The notes under the pieces were generated by a model. That model saw only the letters and a list, made by a program, of their open reading frames with translations. It was not told the DNA's origin and ran no database searches. A DNA stretch of 63,148 nt, counting the filler, from Collodictyon triciliatum (Eukaryota), in assembly GCA_043381765.1 (NCBI GenBank). It is 5 parts of 4 records of this genome, joined end to end, with 100 filler letters (N's around TTAATTAATTAA, not from the genome) between each part and the next. Parts side by side here need not be neighbours in the genome. Positions count along the whole stretch, not along the records: positions 19,263 to 26,799 come from JBHJMP010001309.1; positions 26,900 to 37,302 come from JBHJMP010001309.1; positions 37,403 to 56,512 come from JBHJMP010001310.1; 2 more parts are not named here. One strand, written 5' to 3'. Numbering within the stretch: the first letter of the stretch is position 1; each line of letters begins with the position of its first letter. The position numbers were made by a program, and so were the translations under genes. Below, in pieces: positions 24,562 through 37,868 of the stretch.

Positions 24562-26406
24562 ATGAAGTTCGGGAAGCGGCTGGAGGCGGAGCGGGAGGCC
24601 GGGTGGGAGGAGCAGTACCTGGCATACACGGAGCTGAAGCGGCAGGTGAAGCGGCTGCGGGGGAGCGGGGCGGTGTCGGAGGGTGCGGAGGAGAGCGCGG
24701 TGTGGGTGCCTGTGCGGGGGTGGCTGGAGCGGCTGCAGGGCTTTGTGGCGTCGCAGGTGCGGGAGGGGCACGAGGCGCTGGGGGCGTGGGAGGCGGCGGG
24801 GGGCGCAGGGGCAGGGGCAGGGGCAGGGGCGGCGGTGCAGGTGCAGGTGCAGGTGTGGGCGGCGGTGTGCCTGCACGCGGACCGGCTGCAGCACATGGTG
24901 CACCTCAACCACCTGGGGCTGGCCAAGCTGCTCAAGAAGCGCAACCGCCACCTGACCCCGCTGGGCGCGCCGGCCCGCACGCTGGCACCCCTGCTTGCCG
25001 CCGGCGACGTCCTGCGCAGCCCCGCCCTGCACCGCCTGTGGGCCACGCTCGACCGCCTGGCTGCCCGCCTGCCTGCCGCCATCTACACGTGCGTGTGCCC
25101 GTGCGTGTGCCCCCTCTGCCTGCGCCCCGCCCGCCCGCCCGTCTGGCTGCGCTGCCGCCACCGCGTCTGTGTGGACTGCCTGGCCCACGTCCTGGCCACA
25201 GCCACAGCCACAGCCACAGCCACAGCCACGCCCGCCTGCCCCGTGTGCCGCGCCGCCCTGCCGCTCGACGACCCCGCCGCCGTCCGCGTCGACCGCAGCC
25301 TGGCCGAGTGTGCCCGCCGCTGCCTGCCCCCGACCCTCGCCGCCCTGCCGCTGCGCCTGGCCCTCGCCCTCCTCCGCGCCGACGCCGACGCCGACGCCCG
25401 CCCGGCCCTCCGCCCGCACGCCCACCCCACGCGCAGACGCCTCCTCTGGATCCAAGCACCATCACCATCACCATCATCATCATCATCACTATCACCATCA
25501 TCATCATCATCGCCCCCCACCGGCGACCTCCACGTGCCCGACATCGCCCTCTGCGTCTCGTCGCTGCTCGCCACCGCCACCGCCACCGCCGCATCGGCAC
25601 CGCTCGTGCCCGTCGTAGTCGTCGCCGACCCCGCGTGGGCCCGCTTCTACCGCAGCGACGTGCACGCCGCGCTCAACGTCTACGCCAGCGACGTCGAGGT
25701 GGTTGCGCGCATCGCCGCCAAGTGGGACCGCACGCGCTCCCGCGACCTGCCGCCCCTCTGGATCGTCCACTGGGCAGACGCCCGCCTCGGCCCCGACCGC
25801 ACCGCGGACATGGTGGCCGCCTACCGCAAGCGCCAGCGCCACTTCCCGGAGGAGGACTGGCTCGTCGTCGTCTCCTGCACTCCGCACCCCCGCCACGCCT
25901 GTGACCTCCGCCCCGCCGCCCCGCACCCCCGCCGCGCCTGTGACCTCCGCGACATCGGGCTCAAGGACGACATCCCCACCCTCGCCGGTCTCCTCTCTCC
26001 CACAGATCCAGATGCAGATGCAGACGCCGGTGTGTTCCGTGGCTCCTTCGAGCCGCTTGCGGACAGGTCGCCCTTGTGCAGCGCAGATGCAGCCGCAGAG
26101 GATTCGCGCCCGTCTTTGGGCGGCGGCGCTGCTGATCGTGCTGATGGCTGTCAAGGAGCGAATGCCCCGCTCACAGACTCTTCGTACGTCACGCTCTATG
26201 GCGATGCGGTCCTGGCGCTTCCGGGAAATAAGCGCAAATTGAATGCGGACGTCCTCTCCGAGTGGATCCGGATGCATATCTTGCCGGACGAGCACCATTC
26301 CCATTCCTACTGCCATGTCACCGGAAACACGCTCAGTCCGCCACTACCCTCCTGGGCAAAGAACAGTCCTCAGAACGACATGGAGGTGTTCTCCTTTGAG
26401 CTTTAG
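24562..26406 (+). CDS. Intronless SPX-RING (NLA/BAH1-like E3 ligase architecture) protein with an extra C-terminal region
   Basis: SPX N-terminus MKFGKRLE...WEEQYLAYTELKR, SPX C-terminus LNHLGLAKLLKKRNR, RING CPLC...CRHRVCVDC...CPVCR; one uninterrupted ORF to TAG 26406. Confidence 0.85.
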   Translation: MKFGKRLEAEREAGWEEQYLAYTELKRQVKRLRGSGAVSEGAEESAVWVPVRGWLERLQGFVASQVREGHEALGAWEAAGGAGAGAGAGAAVQVQVQVWAAVCLHADRLQHMVHLNHLGLAKLLKKRNRHLTPLGAPARTLAPLLAAGDVLRSPALHRLWATLDRLAARLPAAIYTCVCPCVCPLCLRPARPPVWLRCRHRVCVDCLAHVLATATATATATATPACPVCRAALPLDDPAAVRVDRSLAECARRCLPPTLAALPLRLALALLRADADADARPALRPHAHPTRRRLLWIQAPSPSPSSSSSLSPSSSSSPPTGDLHVPDIALCVSSLLATATATAASAPLVPVVVVADPAWARFYRSDVHAALNVYASDVEVVARIAAKWDRTRSRDLPPLWIVHWADARLGPDRTADMVAAYRKRQRHFPEEDWLVVVSCTPHPRHACDLRPAAPHPRRACDLRDIGLKDDIPTLAGLLSPTDPDADADAGVFRGSFEPLADRSPLCSADAAAEDSRPSLGGGAADRADGCQGANAPLTDSSYVTLYGDAVLALPGNKRKLNADVLSEWIRMHILPDEHHSHSYCHVTGNTLSPPLPSWAKNSPQNDMEVFSFEL

Positions 26407-26799
26407 AAATCCTTCAGCCGTTCTCTTCCTTCTCTTTTGTTTCTTCTTCCTCTTCCTCTTCTTCTTCTTTTGATGGAAGTGAACCTGACATGACCATAAT
26501 GCTCACAAATAACAGAGTCGAAAGATAGAAAGAAAACCAGATGAGGACAAAAAAAAAAAAAAAAAAAAAAAAGGATTGTTGCCTCTGGAAGAATGCATGG
26601 AAAGAGCATACCCCTTCACTCATTTATGCGTCCTCCATATGCCCATTGACAACCTATTCTATACATCAGAATCATTACATATTTCCATTGCATTAGCTCA
26701 AAAATAAAGTAAAAAAAAATGCACCAAACAATGTCAGAAGAAGAATAAAAAAAAACAAAGGTGAATAGATGGATGCGTGATGTCTGGGGGTGGACACAC

Positions 26800-26899
26800 N
26801 NNNNNNNNNNNNNNNNNNNNNNNNNNNNNNNNNNNNNNNNNNNTTAATTAATTAANNNNNNNNNNNNNNNNNNNNNNNNNNNNNNNNNNNNNNNNNNNN
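26800..26899. other. Artificial 100-nt assembly spacer
   Basis: TTAATTAATTAA at 26844-26855 within N run. Confidence 0.97.
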
Positions 26900-26913
26900 A
26901 TGTCTATTCACAG

Positions 26914-28494
26914 GTATGTTTGTTGCTTCATGCCTTCTCACCCGCGCCGAAGTCGATGGAAAGGAAGTTGTCCGCCCCTACACACCAGTCAATGACCCTG
27001 AAGCCCGTGGATACGTCGATCTTCTCGTCAAGGTCTACCCTGAGGGAAACATGTCCAAGCATATCGACTCCTTGAAGCCCGGCCAGTCTCTTGACGTAAG
27101 AAAACTAAGTTCTAGGAGTTTTTTTTTTTCATAGGGATTCTTCTATCTATTTTTTTTTTTTACCTAATTTTATGCGCTACATCGCTTACTACGGCACCAT
27201 TCGCATGAAATCCGCTCTCTAGCTTTGGCTTCATCTCCTCTAAACATGCAGATTAAAGGCCCACTCACCAAGCTCGTTTACACACCAAACCTGAAAAAGG
27301 ACATCGGAATGATCGCCGGAGGAACCGGAATCACGTATGAGTTACACACACAATATTGCTGTTGATGAATGATATTCAAATGGATACTGATAAAAGGAAT
27401 CCGAGTTTATATCTTGCATCAACCACACATTTTTATTGGGAAACACAATATACTGATGAATCATCTGCACACAGACCGATGCTTCAAGTCATTCATGAGG
27501 TTTTGAAGAATAAAGAAGACAAGACAAATATTTCTCTGGTTTTTGCCAACGTTACCGAGGTGAGGACTGATGGCAACGAACCCCACCCCTAACTCCTGAA
27601 ACTTGCTCAACTTATCAGTTTTGTCATCCACCTCCGCATCTACATCCAATCCTATTGACTGCAAACACGACGACTGAATATGTCAGTGAGCAATTTACAA
27701 CAGCCAGTAAATCTATCGCATCCTTCTTAGGGTGATATTCTTCTTCGCAAGGAGCTTGACGATCTGGCTGCTAAGCACCCCAACTTCAAGGTTCACTACG
27801 TTCTTGAGAAGCCCCCAGCAAAATGGAATCAGGTGTGTACATCTCTGCTAGCGTCATAGGCTACAAATTAATAGCAGCACCCACTTAAATATCTCCCCTT
27901 GAACTCGCATGACCTGATTATGTACTACCCAACCAATTATACAATATACTAACAAGAGCAAAACAATATAAATATCGAATCTGTATACCAAGCTGTTGTT
28001 TTAGACAACATTCCTATCACTCAACAAATTCATCCTTGAAATACCAATAACAGGGTGTTGGTTACGTGAATGCGGCCACTATCTCATCTAAAATGCCCGC
28101 CCCGTCTGATACCTCCCTCATTCTTGTGAGTCCATCTGCGAGCACCGAACAATATCAAAACAAACAAAAAAATGAAAGAAGAAAAAAAAAAACATACGAA
28201 CAAAAAGCAAAAGAATGTAATTAAAAAATTAAGCTTATTTTATTTTCCGGAATGTACAGCCAACATTTAAATCACGCCATTGTCGAAACGTTGTTTATAT
28301 ATAGGTCTGTGGCCCGCCTGGTATGATGGAAGCTGTTTCTGGTGGAAAGGCTCCTGACTATTCCCAAGGTGACATACGTTGTGATACACCCCGACACATC
28401 ACACCTTAAATTAACACTATGAATACCCCCAGGTGAGCTGAAGGGTCTCCTCAAGCAGGCTGGCTTCACCTCGTCTATGGTGTTCAAGTTCTAA
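26914..28494 (+). CDS. NADH-cytochrome b5 reductase (MCR1/CBR2-like), 5' exons lost in gap
   Basis: [70 protein letters not shown]. Confidence 0.96.
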
Positions 28495-28896
28495 AGGGCA
28501 CTATCTGCTGTCTGAACACCTCCACACCCGTAGTCTACACCCAACTATCCGCCTTCTTTCTTTCAATAAAGAGAGAGCCCAACCCTATCACCGCATAGAA
28601 TAGACAACAAGAGGAGACTGCTCTGCATGAACCAAAATAAGAGGATACGCACCACTCAAACGAAGCGCAAGTCACATAATCCCGAGACAACACGAGGTAG
28701 TGCCCTGACGAGTTTGTTTGGCCATCCCTTGTATTTTTCTTTTATGACATATGCACTACTATCCTCCTCTTCCTCCTGCTCCTCCTTTGTCCCCTTTTCA
28801 TTCTCGCTCCTCATCCACCTTCTCCAATGACTCTACTGCAGTCAAGATGGTTGTTCGGGCTGCACAATCGCCCATCCCTACTCTCCTTCAACCGCA

Positions 28897-30028
28897 TCAC
28901 TCGTCTGCGGCAGTCCGGTGCGACCACTTATCCGGGACAATCAGAAAGTATGCATCCATAGCCACACGGAATCGCGTCTATTGTTATGAAGGGACGGGCA
29001 GTCAGATTGTAAATCAGTGATGGAGTGATGGAGTGATGGAGTGACTAACCTTATACTGCACGGGTGAGATGACTGTCGGGGCGGCCGTTGTCTTCGGCCC
29101 GATTATCCCTGTCGATTTCACCCATGTCTCCAGTTTCTTATCCCATGTGTATCGGCGCATGTAGTCTGCGAAACAGGGATTAATGATGGTGATTGAGAAT
29201 AGATTGGAGAAGTAGTGATTATGATCATGATTGCGATTGTGGTTATGTGTATGGATTCGTGTCTGATACCGATGATGCCGACCACCAGCTGCCCGTTTTC
29301 CTCGTCGATGCCGGCGAGAAGGGAATAGTCAACAACGTTCTGCTGCGTGAGAAACATCGTGTCGTTGTGGATGCATTTGTTGAGATTTACTTTGGATGAT
29401 TCGACAGTGTACAACGGCGACATTGCTATGACTATGACATGCATCGACGCGAATGAGTATGAAAGACGCAATGAACTGAAAGGCAGATTAAATGTATTTG
29501 CCACGACATGTTCATTTGGATTCTTTTTCTTTCCTCTTTCTAGTCACTGCAGAGTTGGTACAGTTCTCTTTTTTCCTTCTGGGCATATCTTACATTCTAT
29601 CAAATTCTCGTCCATCAGAACAGAGTCCTTTCCCTTGGCTTGCACATAGCGACTACGTTTGGAGCCTTTCAAATCGTAAATCTACACGGCAGATAACATG
29701 ATTTTGGAGCACATGAACAAGAAGGAATACGTAGAAGCAGAAGCAGAAGCAGAAGCAGAAGCAGAAGCAAAAGCAAATTCTAGAGTTTGAAAGGCATGAT
29801 GACTGGTTAAACTGAATACATTTTTCAATTTGCGTCCATAAAACAGATTCTCAAGCACGATGAAATCCTGCACGTGATACGGCGCGCCGGGTATGTTTTG
29901 GCGATGACCAACGCGGTAGATACCCAGAATCTTAACCAAAGCACTAGGCAGCTGGCATATATCAAAAGAGTAAGAAATATATGTACAAATCCCAAAAATC
30001 CAAAAAAAAAAAAAAAAAAAAAAAAACC

Positions 30029-30061
<33 letters not shown>

Positions 30062-31545
30062 ACCGATTCATGAACAAAATGGGGTTTCCTCATGGTAATT
30101 ACTTTCTCTCAATCTCTACGTACCTTCTTAAAGTGGGTTAGATACATATACTCAAAATATTGGGGAGCAAACTCGAGGAAATGACTGAGCTCGATCTTTG
30201 ACACCTGCTTGAGGACGAAGCGGTCATCTATGTCCATTCAAGTAAAATATAATGGACTAGGTCATTATCATTGCCATTGAATGGAGCCAAATAGAATGCA
30301 GTAAAAATCGTATGGGATAGTAGCACATTTTTTCGAAAATCATTTCCTATTTATTTATTTTTTTTTAAAAAAAGAAAATAATCTTGACTTTATACTTTTA
30401 AGGCGAAATCATCGTGCTTACCGATTGTTTTGCAAAAGCTAGACCCTGATTTCCCGCCAGTCGCACCCCATTTCTTGCAGCGAGAGATCGAATGTACAAA
30501 CCGATAGTCTCCGCCGCAGTGGAGTTGACGCAGGGCGTGGAATTGCTTCGCATAATACGCTGTGCACGTGAATTGGATTTTGCCTCCATTGGTTTCATCA
30601 GTAAATTCTTTACATATGTATGTATGAGTAAGTGAGTAGTCGACTTAATTCACAATTTCTTTCATGCTAATGTGACTGATTCTGTCCCCCCTCGTCATTT
30701 TGTAAGTATTACGCATCATGTTGTTCAAACTGGTCACTCACTATGTCGAATGTGTGTAGATGTTTTATCCAGCAACGCTCCATCAAGTGCTGTTACAAAG
30801 TCAGCATTTTAGCATTAAATAATACATATATTTTTAAAATGAGAATTCAAAATGATCAATCTTTCCCTCCCAATCGCTTTTGAAAAGGGTATTCTACAAA
30901 CAGATATCATATAGTTGCCCATTTACTATTCATCGATACCATACCTCTGAATTGAGGGTAGTTCGGATTCATTGTTATTTCATCAATGCCCTATATAGTG
31001 ACACAAAAATGTTTCTGGAATATGCCACACTTCTCTCGACCAATAAATGAACTCCGCATATCAGAGTAATCTAAACCTCAAAAATAAATAAAACAAAACA
31101 AAAATAATTCTCTCATACCTCTCGAGACTGGTCTGAAATATTATTCCACATGTCACAACCAAATGCCGCCATTTTGTCACGGTATTCGTGCGAACTAATG
31201 AATATGCGATGTGGTGTTAGCCAAATTAAGTTTGTATATTTTATATTCATATTTATTATCGTCATTTATATTAATACCAAACCGAAGTGTGTATGCAATC
31301 ATAGATCCAGGCTCGTCTTCAAAAACTTCCACCACAACATCATCGGTTCCAGGCGGCAATAAAACGTGCCCAATTTCTCCCTCTTGCAAAATGCTGTTTG
31401 AAACGAGGATTTAGCAAAATGATACATACATTATTTTCTTTGGTTGAATCCCGCAGGGGTTCGCTCTTCATTTCATCCTCGACTGATGTGTGAAAGTAGT
31501 AAAAAGCCATATCATATTCGAAACGTAATAATTGGCACTAATCAT

Positions 31546-31627
<82 letters not shown>

Positions 31628-33291
31628 AAAGAAAGGGAAAAAAAAGGGAAAAAAACTTTAATTATTACATATTTGGATCAAAGGATTTTCCGAGCGAAGA
31701 TATCACAGTGCGGACACTTGAGACTTTTTCGTAAAAGGGGGCCTGTTTTAAGCCTGCCTTGGTTGCAGATTTGCCTTGTGTGACTATGGAAGCTACATCT
31801 GACGACGAATCGATGCTGAGACGATGCTTTTCATTTGTTTTAAAATGAGCATCGGAGGCCATTGAAGCCAATGAAGCAGAGCCCACAGTCGAATGGCTGG
31901 CAAGGGATGGAGTTGGTGACGAACCCAGGGTAACTTCAAGAGCATCAAAACTTTTGTGGTTATGGGCCGATCCAAACTGAGCCCAATACGAAAAGTATCC
32001 CGGAGATGAAGACAAAGTGAATGACGGCTGGTCAAAGGTCATTGCTGCGATATTCGCTAGTTCCGGGTCGACAAGAGGCTGGATAAATTGTGCGTTAAAT
32101 TAATTATATTCGCAAAAACTACGCAATCGACTTTGTGTGACACGCTCAAGTGCATTATTTTTTCAAAATAAAGGAAAAGAGATACATATTGGATTAATAA
32201 TGGTGATAAAAACTGTGATTAGCGATGATCTGAAAGCATTTGCAAAGCAAAGCAAAGCATAGCATAGCATAGCATAGCATAGCATAGCATAGCATAGCAT
32301 AGCATAGCATGTGTCGTACCATGATAATCGGCTCGGAATTCTCAGGGGACACTGACAGAATGGAGACCAGAGACGCCTCATCCAGTTGAATTTCATCAAG
32401 AACAGCCGCGTGGTGATGATGGTGGTTTCGCTTACGAGCAAACTTAAGCAGGAGTTCATGAAATGTCGAGTTCCATGTCTTTATATTTGCCAGAAGAGAC
32501 CTGTATGTCATCTCTGCAATAAATAGGCTGATAAAAGAAAAGCCATACATGGACAGGGATTCTCTTACCTCTTGACCTTATTGACTTGAAAGATGTCGTT
32601 GTATTCCTTGTATTTTGCTAACTGCCTGAAAAAGGCAGCATGCTCTTGTCTATGTGATTTTTTCAAATCCTTTTTGGTAGGTGGGATAATCAGAAAGGCG
32701 CCAAAGAAATATATGAAGATGTTATGTGAAGGTAGAAAAGGTTCAAGAGAATACGGCTTTTATGCGACTTTTTTATTTTTATTTTTACAATATGAGGTAA
32801 TAGAGAGGCCAAATCACAACACAAAAACACGTCACTTGAATATTTCTGAGCTGCTCTCCGTGAAGAACATAATTTTCTAGATAGCAAAGTTTACCGAGAA
32901 TATCTTCATACACCTGTGCATTAATTTGACCATAAAATGTAAATATCCTGTCCAAAAATGACACAAATACAATAAATACACTACAGTAATTCACAGACAT
33001 GTATAAAATGAATAAACCCACCCGATCGATTATATCCGATACTTGTTTTATCTGCGTCTCCTGTATGGTGTTGAGAGAGTCCTGGTCATAAGTGAGATAT
33101 GTATCTGGAATGCATATATCCAGTAGAGTGATATCTTCGCAATGAAAAACTGCAATCTGAGGATTGGAGTATTTTCGAGTAGAAAATAATGGCAGTCAGA
33201 ATTATATCAAGTTTCTTGTGGTTTCTTGAGGTAGAAGAAAACATATCTGAAAAACAAGCAACAAAGTTGACATTATTATTTGTGTATGTGA

Positions 33292-33387
<96 letters not shown>

Positions 33388-36010
33388 AAACCATGTTTGA
33401 GTGACGGAAATATATATTGAAGTTCCTGAAGAAGGTGTGTTCACATCCTGAGTTTCTGTTGTATAAGCCATTGCTATAGAAACATAGCTCCAAAAATTTT
33501 CCAAATGACAGTTTCCAGGCCTCTTTAGGGACAATATAATTCATTTTCAGTACTTTTCTAAAGGTTCTGTTGTTTTAACTCTTATCGATGCCTTAGAATT
33601 TGGTAAAAGGGGAAAACAAGGAAAGGAATAAACCATTCGATAGCGGAGTCCAGTTAGCCGTATACTGACACAGACGACAAAAGGAGCGTATGTGAATGCC
33701 ATCGAAGGAATCACTGGAAGCAAAGGATTCCACACCAACATTGACGCAAACTTTGTGGTGAATGAAGCTTCGAATATGCGAATACACTCTCTCTTTACAA
33801 TTGTGGCGACGACAGGCACGATTGATATCAAAACAAGACCTCTCAAGAAATTCACCCAAGGTAAGGTCCTACATATTGAAATTAGTCTTGGACGGACATT
33901 GTCAGGGTTTCGATTTCTCTGCAATGTTAAAGAAAAGAATAAAAATAAAACTATCACAAAAAATGATTCAAATCAAATCAGTAGAATTTGAAATAAAGCA
34001 CTAATTAGCGATGTAAACGGAATAAATTTCACGCTTGTTCATTCTTATTTATTTAGGAAAATAATTGCAAAAATTACCGAATCCTCATAATATTCTACAC
34101 CCACAATAGAGGGTTCTTCACAGACAGCCCCAGTTTGCGCTGTACAGCAGGATGACAGGAACGAAATCTGCTGGTTATACAAAATAGTATCTGGCATGAG
34201 AATCTCGGTTGCAGCAAGACCGCGTCCACCATCCAATCCAAGATTGTGGTTTTCAGCATCACCAGAATTCACATCACTGTCATCAATTAGTGTTTGGCGG
34301 TGGTTCATCTGAAAGGTGGTGGCAGCAGCCCGTTCCTCTGGTGTCATCAGTGCCAGCACGGGATCAAGAATCTTCTGAGTAAGAGAATCTATGCTTGTTT
34401 GGCTCGGTGCTGGAGTCGGGAATTCGATTCCCGGAGACACAGAGAAGAGCAGTTTATTTGATTCTGCTCCATCTGTCTCTTCCTCTGTCTCACTTTCTGT
34501 GATTGAAGCCAGACCAGACCGTTGAAAGCCACATCCAGAATCGTAGACAAAAGCAGCTTCAAAGATGGAGTTTTGCACGATTGTGACACAAAACTGGAAG
34601 GAAAAATCGTATTGCATAAGAGCCAATTAACATACAGTAATAATATTATTATTTTAAAAAAGGATGTCTGATTTTCGATGAAATAGATGCGATGAAGACG
34701 CGTGGTAATAGATATCAATATGGTTTATCTAGAATATTGAACTCACCTTGAGGATTGATTTAACCTTGGAAAGAGTTTCCATGTCTCCACCTCGAAGGAT
34801 AATGTACGCGCCTGGTTGTGCTCTGGAGCCTTGAAACACTGATACAGTCCGTTTCAGCCCGTCTTCGGCTTTGTATGTTTCATTTCGAAACTGAAGGCAA
34901 CTAGCAGATGCTCTCTCGTTGATCAGTTCTGTTTCAGGGTTCATTTTCAATAAAAGATGCCTTTGTACTGTTTTCTTATTTTATAAAATAATAAAATAAT
35001 AAAATAAAATAAAAAAGGAAAGCAAGATAAAGTAAATAAAGTACATTACGCATAAAAACCATCAACTGCATATACACTCGAGTAATGATGAGTATATCAT
35101 CCGTTAAACAGCATATTAATAACAAGGATAAGCATAAAAGGCAATGCAAGGCATATATAAAACCAATAACAAACCAACGGACTGATAGGCAGGAATTTCT
35201 AAATATGAGCCAAGTCTTTTGATAACAGTTTCTTTCGTATTCAAGATGACCGTAACATTGGCTTGAAGAAGCAGTTCAACTGCAATGCCAGAGACAGCCT
35301 TCTCTACAACAACCAAGTCGGGCGACGCAGCGGTTATTTTATTTACTAGGATTCTCAAATACTCTCGTTCCTGAACGTTGTGATGTTAAGGGAAAAGAAA
35401 AAAAATGTCTTTTATTAAAGGACGACGCCAAATTTTATAAAGAGTTATGCGAATTGTGGCATCTGATTCAATATAATGTGAGTCAGACCTGCTGCACAAT
35501 AGGGTGAAGCGAACAGAGTTTATTTTCAACACGTTGATACCTAAATATTTTTTTTTCGAAAGAAAGAAGAAAATAGAATATTGGGAAACCGTATCATCAT
35601 ATCAATGAACATTCCAGAACGATGTGGTAGAAGAAAGACTGATGTATAGAGCAAATGTATATTACTCAAGTCCGTTGTGAAGGAGGATAATCTTTGGGTT
35701 TTCTATCAAAGCATTCATTTTCTTATGCGCCACATGTTTGCCAAATATGTAGCCCTCCCCGCTATGAGAATCCTGGATTTCTCCTCCAGGCATGCGTTTG
35801 ATCTACTCAAAAATGATAATGATAAAAATACATCATCCATTTTTGATTAAAGACAGGGAGACATTAAAAAGAAGCTGTCGTCGAATAATACAATATTGCT
35901 CAATTCTGGTTACCTTTATGATTTCTTTGATGTTATGAATAACACCCGAATCCCGAAAACGTTTCAGGTCATCGATGGCCATACGTGCTAAGGATATGAT
36001 TTTGTCTATC
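28897..36010 (-). CDS. FAB1: FAB1/PIKfyve phosphatidylinositol-3-phosphate 5-kinase (5' end uncertain, probably extends further upstream)
   Basis: CCT-like domain (GYIFGKHVAHKKMNALIENPKI, PDLVVVEKAVSGIA), cysteine-rich region (CRRHNCKE, LSFGKFLEL), FEDEPGSMIAYTL, kinase motifs TGGKSGSSFCKT, DDRFVLKQV, DYSLLAGID, DYMRRYTWDKKLETWVK, PTVISPVQYK, RFRVAMDAYFLIVPDKW. Confidence 0.95.
32256..32310. repeat. (AGCAT)n intronic microsatellite
   Basis: Pentamer run. Confidence 0.93.
33291..33388. repeat. (AAAG)n intronic microsatellite
   Basis: Tetramer run. Confidence 0.96.
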
Positions 36011-37302
36011 GCAATGAAAAAAAAACACATGTTAGTAATAATAAAACAATACAAGAAAGAACAAGAAGAAAAGAAGAAAAGAAGAAAAGAAGAAAAGAAA
36101 AGAAGAAAAGAAGAAAAGAAGAAAAGAAGAAAAGAAGAAAAAAGAAAAAAAGAAAAAAAGAAAAAAAGAAAAAAAGAAAAAAAGAAAANNNNNNNNNNNN
36201 NNNNNNNNNNNNNNNNNNNAAAAAGAAAAAAAAGAAAAAAAGAAAAAAAGAAAAAAAGAAAAAAAGAAAAAAAGAAAAAAAAGAAAAAAAGAAAAAAAGA
36301 AAAAAAAAAGAAAACCCTATTGTGTGGTTTTTTATTCTTCCTTTCAATTTTGTGAAGGATGGTGGAGATGTTGGCAACCCCATTGTGTGGTAAATATACT
36401 CATTCGATGAAGTATTGAGATAAGAACATATAAATATTTTGATATTAAAGCATTCTGATTTAAGCGAGTGAGTGCGCCTTGTCGATAATAGAGTCAGATG
36501 ATCAATAATATTAAAAAAAATTAAACAAGGAGTTGATCAGCAAAGAGAGTCTATGATATCAGTGCAAGTAGATTAATAGGAAAATATGGTCACATCTATA
36601 CAAAATTATGTGGTTGTCAGTCATACATTAGTTGTGCTCGATTAGTTACAAAAAGTTAATAAGTTTTGAATCGAACAAATGAAGGATAAAAAATGATACA
36701 AAAATCGATAAGTTGATTTCTGGAATTATAATATGAATGTCGCAGTCAAATAGTCTTTGGTAAACTATTCAACAATTATTAATGCCCCCGACAAGAAAGA
36801 ACATGGGGGTAATATTGTCGAATCAGCTGAGATATGGGCATTAAAGTTGATTCTATTTCATAGATAGTGTTAAGCTTCAGCCCTATAAAATAAAAAAGAC
36901 GTATTTTGTTTGTTCTAGTTATTTCAAAAAACTATATAAGGTAACATTTTCATGAGTGACCCTGAGTTTGCTTAAAATATGATCTTTTCCAAAAATTGAG
37001 ATGGGCAATATAAAATGTCGTATTTCATTTATTTTTTTAATCTTACTTTCAATATCATATTTCATGAAATATAGGATGACTGCCAATATCCCCTCTTGGA
37101 AATTTAGCACAATAGGTATGCCATGTTATGTTCTCACTTGCTCACTAATTTACTCACAGTCACAGAAATATATACCAACTAAATATCTTTTACACAAGAT
37201 TCAAAACTATCCCGAGAACAAGAAGCAATAAGCAATAACCAAAAAAAAAAAAAAGAAAAAAAAAGAGGGAAAAAAAAAAAAAAAGGAAAAAAAAAGAGAA
37301 AA

Positions 37303-37402
37303 NNNNNNNNNNNNNNNNNNNNNNNNNNNNNNNNNNNNNNNNNNNNTTAATTAATTAANNNNNNNNNNNNNNNNNNNNNNNNNNNNNNNNNNNNNNNNNN
37401 NN
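37303..37402. other. Artificial 100-nt assembly spacer
   Basis: TTAATTAATTAA at 37347-37358 within N run. Confidence 0.97.
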
Positions 37403-37868
37403 TAAAAAATAGAAAAATAAAAAATAGAAAAATAAAAAATAGAAAAATAAAAAATAGAAAAATAAAAAATAGAAAAATAAAAAATAGAAAAATAAAAAAT
37501 AAAAAAACAAAAACAAAAGCACAATAAACGCAAATAATGCAAGGAAAAATAAAAATATGGTACCAAGGGAAAAAAAAAACGGCAACAGAAAGAGTTTGGC
37601 GACTCCACCAAAATAAGAAAAAAGAGAAGAAAAAGTTATGTTCTTGACCCGATGCCTCTCCGTTCATTCATTCGCTCTCGAACTGTCTCATTGCTCTTTT
37701 CCCCACCTCTCTGCGACCTTGTAATCACACCAACATGTTCCTTCTGTCTGGGGGATAAAGCCACTTGCTCGTGCCTCACTAACAGCAAACAAATGCCTCT
37801 CCATTTCTATTTACATGCAACACTTTGAACTAAGTTTATCGTACTCTTTGATTAAAGAAAACGCGCAA

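Noticed and set aside
23772-26316. Several long overlapping or antisense ORFs over the SPX-RING gene
   Set aside because: Shadow ORFs expected from very high GC; only the MKFGK frame has recognisable domains
20501-28494. Redox gene cluster (6PGD plus b5 reductase)
   Set aside because: Separated by an artificial spacer, with no evidence of functional clustering
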